Of a DNA stretch of 64,000 nt, positions 25,001-37,000 are shown piece after piece (position 1 is the first letter of the stretch; every line of letters starts with the position of its first letter). Source of the stretch: Octopus sinensis (taxonomy: Eukaryota); contig NC_042999.1 of the NCBI RefSeq assembly GCF_006345805.1, positions 135,594,001 through 135,658,000 of the forward strand. Reading direction: 5' to 3'. The translations under genes and the position numbers were made by a program. The notes under the pieces were generated by a model. That model did no database searches, was not told the DNA's origin, and saw nothing but the letters and a program-made list of their open reading frames with translations.

Positions 25001-28000
25001 ATTACTCACCAACTGCTACAAGTATTAATCTTAGCATGAGAAAAATAGATAAATACTTCTCATTGTTATCAACAATGAAGTATTCCAGTTGTTCAAGCAG
25101 CTTGACTGCATAACTCATTGAATCAGCATGTGAAGTGGTTGAATATCCCACAGACACTTGAACCTTTAACTTAACCCTCAAACAGAAACAGCAAGATACA
25201 TTGTGTGACAAAGCCAATCCTTTGAACTATGAGTACAATTCACACACTATGCTTCAACAGTTTCTGCCTCCACAGTTTCCCCCATAAAGCTTGCATTAAT
25301 CAGAAGTTATGGTAAAAGACACACACCCAAAATGACATACAGTGGGATTGAACCCTGGATCTCATGACTGCAAAGTATTCTTAATCATTTGGCCATGCAT
25401 ACATCAATAGCATGTGCACACACACTCACACACACACACATGTGCATGCAGAATTCCTACCTGTTGGTAGAAGCATCCATCCCGTCACGCGGCCTTTTAG
25501 CTGTGTTCCTAGTGGAGTCATTGTCTAAGTTGTCAAACTGGAGACGTTTCTGAGCTCGGCTTTGAGCAATGGTATCATTGATGTTACGTAATTTCTCAGC
25601 AGACTGGCAGGTAAATAAATAAAAGCAATTTTATTACTTATGCTGTTTGCTTTAAAATGTTAAAAAAAGAATTTATAAAATGACAAGATGATTAATAAAA
25701 TACAGAAAAACAAAGAGGCTACAACATGAATTTGGACGCTCAAAGAACAATAATTTGGCGTTTGCTAAAAAGCATCCGTGAGGTAAACCCGTGTAGCAAA
25801 CCAAATGGCGGTGCCCCAGCATGGCCACAGCTCATTAGCTGAAACTGGAAAAATCAAAAATCAATATCTTTGAAGGTCATAATGAAAGCTACAGGTTTGA
25901 ACCTCAGCTCTAGTATAACTACCAAAAACTATATAGAAAAATAAAAAGTCATGGTGTAATGAATTTGGAGGCTCAAAGAACAGTAATTTAATATAAATAT
26001 ATTTATATATCTTTGAAGGTCATAATGAAAGCTACAGGTTTGAACCTCAGCTCTAGTATAACTACCAAAAACTATATAGAAAAATAAAAAGTCATGGTGT
26101 AAAGTAAGAGAATTTCTAATGTTCATTTTAACCTAAATAGAATCAGTTGTATCGTATGATTATTCTTTTGTCAGCAATATCAGAACTGAAATATCCATAA
26201 TAAATTTAGAATGAAAAATAAATGAATAAATTAAGCCTTTTATTTCATTATAGTAGAATGTGAGGATCACGTGATAGTATGAAGAGGTGAGGTAATCAGG
26301 ATATAGTAAATTGAAGGACAAACAGAATATACAGTGAAAGAAGAGAAACAGGACATAGAATGGTAGAAGAAAAATACAATTTAGAAGGGTAAGAAAGAAA
26401 TACAACATAGTACAAAGAAGAAGAGGCAACACATCAAATGAATGGTAGAGAAATAAAATATAGCATAGTGGGAGAGAAATATAACATAGTATGGTGGGAG
26501 AGGAATAGAATATAGCATGGAAAAAAAGATAACATGAGAAGAGAGAAACAGAACAGAGTATAAGAGCAATATAGAATATAGTAAAATGAATGAAAGATAA
26601 AACATAGTTTGATATATTCTATTTTTACTTTATATCAGATTTTATTATCAACAAATGTCTTTTGTTACAGGTTTCCAACACACCAATCAGTTTCATTGCA
26701 ATTCTAGAGGCAAGAATGACAAAGGCATTTTGAATCACATACACAGGTGTGTGCGCACACACATACACTGGCGAAAATAAATTTAAGACCAATGATAAAA
26801 GTTCTATTTCTTAGAAAATATTTTGTTACTAACACCATACAAATTATTTCTATCTTTTATACCTTATGCAGAATACTAATATGTATTTTGTTCTTGTTGC
26901 TCATTTTTGCTACAATCTTAAGCTTTAAATAAAATTATAATGATACGGTCTTAAACTAATTTTGCCGGTAAATTTGAAACGTTTATATTAATTTAGCATT
27001 AGAATTCTTCAAGTTGTATAAAAATAGTTATTGTCTGCATCATTCAAAAGAGAAATAAATTCTGCATAAGGTGTAAAAGATAAGAATAATTTGTATGGTG
27101 TTAGTAACAAAATATTTTGTAAGAAATAGAACTTTTATCATCGGTCTTAAATTTATTTTCGCCAGTGTATACACATAACAAGCTTCTTTCAGTTTCTGTC
27201 TCCCAAATCCATTCACAAGGCTTTCATTGGTCTGGGCCTATAGTAGAAGACACCTGCCCAAGATGCCATACATTGTGGCTGAATCTAAGACAACATGGTT
27301 GGAAAGCAAGCTTTTTAACCACACAACACACATGTACATACTTTTACCAACCTAAACCAGCAAAAAAGTTTCATAAATTAATGTTTTCAAACTAAAATTC
27401 TGTATGGTATTTGTTCTACTCAGTCTGTCATCCTTGCCATTGTAAATGCAGCAAACCAGAGATTAGCCCATTGGTTGGAGAAAACATGCAATTATTCATA
27501 AAATGCAATATAAATTTTCTTTTTAAAATATATATAAACAAAAAGTAATAGAATACAGTTATAACAATAGAGAAATTGAGATTAATTGTAATTATTACAA
27601 AAAGAAAATCTGAGGAAGCTGTTATAATGAAGAAGTTGAGATGAATAACAGGTCACCAATATAGAAAACATGTGAAGCTTACCCCAACTCCTTCTACAAA
27701 GCAGTACAACTGATCTGTCCTTGGAGTAAGTTGACCTTGTGTCTTGAACAGTGGACTTTTAGCATAACTCACATGAAAGTTCTTCTTGCCTGCAACACTG
27801 GTATTGAAAATAAAGGAACTTTGTTAAAAGCAAAACAAATAAAACTTTCACATAATTGTTAATCTTACTAACAAGCAAAATGAGTTTGTGAAGGTTATGG
27901 TGATAATAAACGTTGATGGAAAATGGATTTAGCAATATTAACAGATTTAAACTGGTAATACAAGACTTAATTCTTTCATGACATAATTTTAATGAAATAC

Positions 28001-31000
28001 ACTGCCCATGTGAAGGCTCACAGCTCAGCGGTTAGAACATTGGGCTCACAATCACGAGGTAGTGAGATTGATTTCTGGACTGGACTGTATGTTGTGTTCT
28101 TGAGCAAGAAACTTTATTTCATGTTGTTCCACTTCATTCAGCTATAGAAATGAATTGCAACATCACTAGTGCCAAGCAGTATTGGCCTTTGCCTTTCCTT
28201 TGGATAACATTGGTGGCATGGAAAGGAGAAGCTGGTATGCATGGGCGATTGCTGGCCTTCCATAAAAAGCAACCTTGTCCAAACTTGTGCCTCAGAGGAT
28301 AATTTTCTAGGTGCAATCCAATAGTCATTAATGACTGAAGGGGGTCTTTACCCTTTTACACTGCTGTTGTGGAAGGATTCTGACCACCCCACCCAAGTGA
28401 CTAAAGGTGAACTGTCTCATTGTTATAAAACAAAGAACTGTGAGCGATTGGCAGTTCGTGTAACTAGCAGTTCACTGTGAGCCTTTGATATAGAGTATTG
28501 AGTCTCGAGTAATAGTAATAGTAGTGCATCATGTATATACTTTATAAAAACTACCCATGTGTTTCAATTCATTTTAGAAAACAATGACAAATTTGGAAGG
28601 ATTTAGTGAAGTAACTTTTGGCCTGGTGCTTGATAAAAGTGGGACTGAATCCAAAGCCATGTGGTTGGGAAGCAAATTTCTTACCATAACAAAATAACTG
28701 TACTTATAATTATGAAGGAAGACTTTAACCCTTCAGCATTCAGATTATTCTGTCAAATGTAATGCTTATTTATTTTTTTAACCTCCCTCAACTGTGCACT
28801 GAAGAATAATTTTGGACAGGGAGTTGTGGCAGGATACATGACCAGGCAAGCTTTCGTCTTTTTAGCTGTGCAAGGAGTTGTTGCTGCCTGCCAGAGTATT
28901 TGTTGACTTGCTGCCTGACAAAGCTGTTAGTTTTGTGTTTTGTTTATGGGGTGGTAACTGCTTCTGCTGGCAGGATAAACTTAGTGAGGGACTGAATGCT
29001 TGGAGAGGAGACTGGCATTGCCAAGCATTTCTAAGGCACACTGAAATTCCATAATAGACACACAAACAAGGCTTTAAAGTATCCTTGATAATTAATTACA
29101 ATATAGTCATACATAATTATATTCTTAATAAAACATATATCAGAAAAGAAGCACACTCTAAAGAATAGAACAGTAATTGTTACAACAAAAAATTTTTATA
29201 TCTAGGACATAGAGTTACCCAAGATTTTGTATCCACAAAGCCAAAGTCTTGTGGACAGTTCGTCAAACTCTATACAAAGACAAAATTTTTTAATTTCTCC
29301 ATTACGGACATGAGGAAGCACTCAGAAATCGAGAAATACATCTTAACAAAGAACATTAATGGGGACAGGTTGAACCAGAGGATAAAACAACCCTTATAGA
29401 CCCAGAAAGGCCTAACCAGCAAACTGGGTGATCCAATTTCCCAGTAGATAGCGCTTCAAGTGGATACATTTAAAAAACACTTTTTTAATATTATTTAATG
29501 CACCTGGTTTCATATAGTCCTTAAGAATTTTGGCTCTCTCCACAATAAAGATCTTGCAACAGCCACTTCCATTAATATATGGGCCTGGATGATCAATTAT
29601 TTTCCACCTGATATCACACAGGTTCCCTTGATCATTGAGGCGCTACAACTGGCAGGCCAGGGATGTAACAAACTGTCTTTCTAGGACTCTGAAGGATGAC
29701 TAATGGTTAAGAAGATATCATTTGAAAGAAGTACTGACAGATCAAACAGATTTACAAGCATGGAATGAGGCCATATTCGCACTCTTGGTAACATATGGTG
29801 CAGGGCCGGTCATCCCATTGGTGTCGAAGATAATTATATGGTCATCATCTGTAGTGGTGGTACTGGAAATGCTGGATACTCCCTCCATATCGCTGATCCT
29901 GGATTGGTCATCATCTCTAGGTGTGGCAATTGTACTGGTGGTAACCTATATTGCAGACCTGGTCACTCTATCTGTGTCTATGGTTTGTTCATTATCTGCA
30001 GTGGTGGTGCCGGGGTTGTCGGTGATGCCCTCTATGATGCTGGTCCTGGACTGGGCGTGACAATTGTACTGGCACGAGATCTGGTTAATCTGCTAATATT
30101 GCTGTTGGATGGTACATTACTGTTAATGTGGATAGCAAGTCTAGGTATCACTGTAGCATCATAAATGACCCCTTCAGCCTTGCATCAGACCCCTACTGAA
30201 CAGTTATTATATACCTTGCAAGAGCAACCTGCCTCCTCTATATTGTGGGTACTTGTTAAAATGTTTTTTATGTTAGGTGCACAACTAAAGGAGACTCTTA
30301 GGCTGTGTCTGTTAAATAAATGCCTGTATCATGTGTGTGTGTGAAACGTTTGTCTATCAATCTAAGGAAAATCTTTCCCACACAAATCTTGACGTTGAGT
30401 GAGAAGGGTGGACCAAACCAAACGACATTTCTGCAGTGCTTCCTTGTCCGGGTGCTAGGGCCAGGCATTTAGGAGATGCAGTCCTTAAACCCACTCGATG
30501 CCAGTATCTCATTGTAGTAGGGGGCAGTGGCATTGAAGAAATCTTGCCTCGAGGATAAATTTGAGATCCTCTTGCTTGCACCTTTCACTAGGTTCTTGAA
30601 AACTATAGGAGGATGGCAGGAGGCAGAGCTAATATAAGACAGCCTCTCATTTGGCTTGTGATGGGGCCTGTATGTACCAGAGCCCAGATCTAAAGTAACA
30701 TTTAAGAAATCTACTATAGTGAGATTAATCTCAATGTTGATCTTGAGACCCTTTGAGCCTGAGGTGCTAATTAGGTCCTTTCTAAGCCTATCTAATGTGT
30801 GGCTGTTGGCTTCTCTAGAGATGGCTAGGGCATCATCTCTGTAGAAGTTGAAGAGGACCAAAGGAAACCGCTTCTTTAAGATGTCCAATCTGATAAGATC
30901 ACAGACATTGGCACTGTCATATGCTCCCATAGCTATATCAAAGGAGCCCTTGGGACTAGATTGCTTGACCCAAGTCGAATCTTTGCCGAACTGCACCGTC

Positions 31001-33920
31001 TTCCTAGCATGCATGATAACTCTAACATCATTATCACTAACATCTGTTAAGCCCTTGGCAAAGGAAAGTACTTTCAACAATAACTCTTTAGAAATAGACG
31101 GATAAAAGTCGACAATGTCGAACTGTGTAAATCTATCCCTGCCTCTGTCCCAGTTGGCAATAAACTATGAGGCTACCTCATTGGTGCTGTGCCATAGAAG
31201 GAGGCTCATGTGTCTTCTTATGTTGTCATTTATCTTCCTCAGTATATACTTACTCACCTGACCAATCGTGGACTTGGCTGGGTTGATCAGGCGGCATTTG
31301 GAGTTAGAGGCAAAATTTGGCTTGTGGTCTTTCGAAGTTATAAAGGCATTTCTCTTGGCCAAGATCTCTACTCTGTCTGCTATACCAAGGTTAATTGCTA
31401 TCTGTTTAGCCTCACAGTTGATGTTATTGTAAGTGTGTGAGGAAGCACATCTGTATTTTTGTGTGACTGAACCATTTAAAAGCCTATCGTAAGTGTATGT
31501 ATCTATCATGTATAAGTTCTTGGTCTTATCCGAGAAGATTAAGGACCTGTCAAAGTTTCTTATTTTTTGTATATCTTCATGGAGTTTGCTTTGAAAAGGG
31601 AAAAAGGACTTACGGAATTTCAGCCTAGGTATTATGCCTAGGTCTGCTTTGAAAGCCTTGTGTTCCTTGACTCAAAGTAGCAACTTCCGAGACTTGATAC
31701 CGTATGTATTGGCCTCAGAGGGTGGTGTGCTTTGATCAAAGACAAAAAAACCTTCCATCTCATGTGCTTTATAAGGTCTATCATTTTCTCCAGTAACATT
31801 TTTGTGTAGAGCTCATTAGAAGGTATTAGGATAAGTATATGTATTTGTTTTGCAAGATTCTTGATGTGAAATTATGTGTTGAAACAGATATTGTTATACT
31901 TGGATGTGGTCATTTTTTGCCAGTTAAACGCAAGCACTAGATGTTTGAGCTTTACTTAAGCTTTATTATTAATATTATTTTTGTTTCTTTGTCAACGATT
32001 TTTCGTCACACATCCTATGACCGCTTCAACGACTCTTTATCCCACATGTCTCCTTTTATTCACCTTAGTCCAGAGAAAGACAAAATGGACTAAGTAAAAC
32101 AAGAGGTAACAGAATGCATGATGAAAGAACTTTGACAAAGAAGAAATAATAATAATAATACCCGCAGTACAGGTATAAAATGTTTGATAAAAATATAAAT
32201 CATCTCATTTACATGGATGATTTAAGGCTTTTTGCAAAAAATGACCAACAACTCAAGGGCTTACTAGCGATAGTCAAACAATTCAGTTACGACGTCAGAA
32301 TGCAATTCGGCCTCGATAAATGTGCAAAAGCTACCTTTATCAAAGGAAAAATGACAGAAACATCTAACGTTAACCTTGACCAGCAGAATGTCATAAATTA
32401 CCTAGGGGTAATTGAAGGGAACGGAATAAGGCATTCAGAGATGAAGGAAAGGATCAGGAGAGAATGCTATCGAAGAGTGAGAGCAATACTCAAGACAGAG
32501 CTGAATGCAAGAAACAGGATCGAAGCGATCAATGCATTAGCCATACCAGTCGTGACTTACAGTTTCAATATCGTTAACTGGTCAATTACTGAAATATGTC
32601 AGCTCGACAGAAAAATAAGAAAACTGTTGACAATGCATAGAATGCTCCACCCTAAGGCAGATACAGAACGACTTTATCTGCCAAGAAAAAAGGGAGGCTG
32701 TGGTCTTTTGCAACTGGCAATAACAATGAAGATTGCTACAATTGGCCTAGACACCTACCTGAAAAAGTCTGAGGACTGGATGTTAAAACTTGTCTCAAAA
32801 CATGAAAACAAGAAAGCATCATACTCAGTAACAAAACAGGCAAAGGAATATCTAAGTGAATTCCGAATACAACCAATTTCGGAATTAGAGATAGACATAC
32901 AAAAAACAAGCACAGAAAAAGCTAGGCGCATGAAAACCCGTGCCAAAACTGCGGCCTTAGATATTCTGAATAATAAATGGCAAGAAAAACCTCTCTATGG
33001 CAAATACCCAAAGAGAGCGAATAATGCAGATATTGACAAAGCCCTGACCCATCAATGGCTAATGGCCTCTGGATTAAAATCTGAAACAGAGGGGTTTATC
33101 ATAGCAGCTCGAGATCAATGCCTACCAACAAGAAACTACCAGGCCAAAATATTAAAGAACGGCAGTAGCCCAACATGTCGTGTATGCCGACAACAAAATG
33201 AAACCATTGATCATGTTGTCTCCAAATGCAGTCTTCTAGCGCCTACAGAGTACCTCAACAGGCATGACAGAGCTGCACAATATATTCACTGGGTAATTTG
33301 CAAAAACCTGGATTTGCCCCATGAAAAAAACTGGTGGGAACACAATCCACCTCCAGTGCTTGAAAATGACCACATCTCACTCCTCTGGAACTTCACCATT
33401 CAAACTGACAGAAAGATAGATGCAAATAGGCCAGACATCATATTGAAAGACTTCAGACAAAGAACAGTGCCTCCTCATTGATATGACTGTCCCAATCGAT
33501 ATAAACGTATCTGTCAAGACCTACCAAAAACTGAGCAAATATAAAGATCTTGAAATAGAAATCAGCAAAATGTGGAAGCTGAAGACTAAAACAATACCTG
33601 TTGTCATAAGTGCCCTGGGAATGATAGCGAAAGGGGCTGATTGCTACCTAACTCAGATACCAGGAAACCCCAAAATGGCAGAAATTCAAAAGATAGTGCT
33701 CATGGGAACTGCTCATATCCTACGCAAAATACTCTCTATGTAATCCCAAGGTTTAAAACAAACTTTTTTTTTTTTATGTATTAGACATTCACTAGTACAA
33801 CACCAAAAAAAAACCCAAATATATGGCACACTAGGCATAACAACAATGTGAACTTCCAACCTGTTGTCTCTGGGTGAGACTTGGAGCCAACTTGTACAGA
33901 CATAAAGCAAAAGTCAAACA

Positions 33921-34000
<80 letters not shown>

Positions 34001-37000
34001 GCTGAAATAAAGATCAAACATGTAGTGTTTGTACTTAACTGGCAAAATATGACCATGCCCAAGTATAACAATAACTATATATATATATGATGTGCATAGT
34101 ATTTACCTGAAAACTGGTGAAGAGGTTACACATGACTTAGGTGTAGAAGAGAGAGGTGGAGTCTGAAAAGTAAGACAACATATTCAAATTAATATTAGAA
34201 CTATGAAAAAAAAAACACTTTACATAACAAGTTTTGTATTTATTTTTTAAAACATTTTACACACACATATGGTGGACAGGAGGGTCCACCGTGTATGTGT
34301 GTGTAAGGTAAAACTTCATCAGGACTGGTTTGATGACAATGACATGGTTGTACTGGCACTGTTGGATGATAAGAGAAAGGCCTACACTGATTAGCAGAAC
34401 CACCCAAACTACCCCTCACAGCATGACAGGTACAGGGACTGTCAAGCCAGAGCCCAGAAAGAGCTTCACAGCAAGCAAGCAGATGGTGGAAGCAGGAAGT
34501 TGAAGAAGAGCAGCTCAATGTCAACACCAACAAGTCCAAGATGCTGTACAGTACCATCAAGGCCATCTATGACCCTTCCAGAAGTGGAACAACCACACCC
34601 TGACATCCACCAATGGCACAACCATCATCAAAGACAAAGAAGGGTTCAGGGCAAGGTGTAAGGAATACTTCAACTAACTCCTAAAGTGGCCATCCACTGT
34701 CAACACCTCAGAAGCCTCTATTCAAGAACCATGACCTGCTGCATAGTGTAAATGAGGTCAAGACTGCCATAAAAGAAACAAACTGTGGCAAAACTCTCCT
34801 TCATCCCATCTCTCTCCTCATGTTCATTTCTCTTCTCTCTCACACACTTTCTTGCTCATATGCCCTCTCTCTCTATTTATATATATAATCTATATATCTT
34901 CCCATCTCTCCTTACCTCTTTCACTCTTTCCTTTTATTAGTTTCTTACCTCCTTCACTCCAACTTTCAGTTTCTACCTACTGTGACCTATAACAAACTGT
35001 CAGCATTGTAAGCAAGGATTGAAAACCTACAGCAGGAAGATATGATCTCAGCAAGCCACAAGGAGAAGCATAACTCCAAATAAATACTTGCATAGAAGAG
35101 ACTATAAACCTGTCCAGGAGAGCAGTAACTCAGTAAGGTGACACTTTAGTCCAAACAGATAACATCACTAGTAAAGTGGAACAATAAAACACACCTGTTT
35201 ATATAGTAAAGTGATTGGCATTATGATAAGCAACCAATGAGTAAATCCATGCCAAAATCACAGTAAATACAAATAAAATGAAATTCCTCAATTGCATATA
35301 TTGGACTATGTAATGGGTTGGTCAAGTGGACCTATCTGAGTATATGTGAGAACCCCTTGACTGTCAGTGAGTAATAGCAAACTTCCTTTAAGGTGTAGAG
35401 TTCAAATAACCTACATACCACAGGATATCCTCCTTGCTTAGTGAAGTGAAAAAAAAATTAATTTTATAATTATCAATGTTGGTATAATGAAAAATAGATC
35501 TATAAAAAGTATAGTGATGCAAGAGAGGAGAGATGTGTTCATATGTACTTTGCACAAGAGTTGAATGGAGAGGAGACTCTACAAGACACCTCACAGGCAG
35601 AGAACATAGGTACACAGTCTTCTAAGTAATAATGCTGTTGATGCTTGAGTAAGCATACTGTTGATGGAGAAATGGATAGATAAATTAATTAACGTACTAA
35701 GAATATGCAACAGAATAATGATGCTTGGACTAATCATAGACAATGCAACTGCAGCTGTTATCTCTACTGATGCACCACAATCAAAACTGACCGATGAACA
35801 AAAGGACTGTTTTTGTGATCATCTCAGGAGCAGTTACTAAAATAGATATGTTGGGAAGTATCATGATGGCTACTCAGGAGTACATAAGGAGAAACCAAGG
35901 CTTCTAAAAGTTTGTGTTCCAAATGAACTATCTGCAACACTAAAATAGACTGATCAGTTACCTGATTACCTACTAAACAAATAAATACATAAAGTTAACA
36001 GAGTGCATATTCATCATGAAGTTGTACTACTCAACATTCAGAAAAATGTATCATTCAACATAGACGAGTGATTGGTGACATCAGAATAAGAAACAATTAG
36101 ACTAAATTAAGACAATCTGGAGAAGGAAAATACCAAAACTAGAACATCCTTCTGATGTTTTAGGTGACACATGATGAGAAGGAGGCAGGAGAGATTCAAA
36201 ACATACAAAACAACTGTTAGTTTTCAATGAGATAATTTAAAGTGGTCACAGATAAGATCTGTGGTTGAAACAAAATACCAAAGCAACATGGTAGTGGAAT
36301 GGTAGTGTAGATCGGGTCCTTTATCTGTACTACTATTCCATTATAAAGGTCTAGAAAATAGGGAGAAAATAGAGAATTAAGAACAATATCAAGGTTTACA
36401 CAGCAATAGAGAGAAGCTGAAAGCAAGAGGCCTACCAATGTTCTGTGATACCAGGGTCAGAAGCATGAAGTGTTCCAAATTGCAAAGCAGTGTATCAGTG
36501 TAAATCAAGACAGTGGGCAAAAGTGTTTAAAATGACAGTGGTACACAACTATTACCAACATTGAGAACAAGACTGGAAATGATATTATGAGGGTTGCTGA
36601 ATATCAAGAATGTATGGGCAGAAGGATTACCTCCAAGTAGACTTTACAGAGGACTTGGCTATTTAAATTGATAGTTATATGGGCAAAATGACCATTAAGG
36701 ATATGAAAGCAGGTAAAGTTGATGGATCATCAGCAGCGATGCCGAAAATATCCAATGAAGTAAGGCTGAAGCTAGTCACTTGCATAGTTAACCAGGTTGT
36801 ATCGGGAAGTGTTATATCCAATGACTGGAACAATATCCTGCAAAGGTACTAAACTAATGGATTAAGTGACAAAAGCAAGAGTTTAGCACAACTGACTGGA
36901 AAGAGATTTAGCTGAGATGAGACACAGTTTAGGTTTGTACCAGGCCAGGATATTACTGGTACCCACTTCCTACTGAGACAACTGAAAGAGAAATTCAGAG

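Noticed and set aside
25002-25217. ORF with a good gtgagt donor
   Set aside because: Overlaps SINE-like sequence, has the wrong phase for the RB1 chain and shows no RB similarity.
20238-25603. Exons A and B as strictly mutually exclusive exons
   Set aside because: A phase 2 to 0 linker exon (21117-21201) joins them in frame, so co-inclusion is possible; reported instead as a modular duplication.
30180-30215. In-frame TGA beside a Cys in the Penelope element as possible selenocysteine (known for some Naiads)
   Set aside because: The TGA precedes the conserved Cys rather than replacing it, likely CGA decay; the copy has many other stops; no SECIS seen.
29722-31440. Plus-strand hydrophobic ORFs
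   Set aside because: Antisense of the Penelope-like ORF.
33713-34090. Poly-Leu and poly-Asn ORFs
   Set aside because: Translation of the (TAT)n/(TAA)n microsatellite.
35388-35622. SP-containing phase 0 to 2 candidate for the missing RB1 exon
   Set aside because: It is the antisense of an RTE endonuclease relic; 34107-34162 fits much better.
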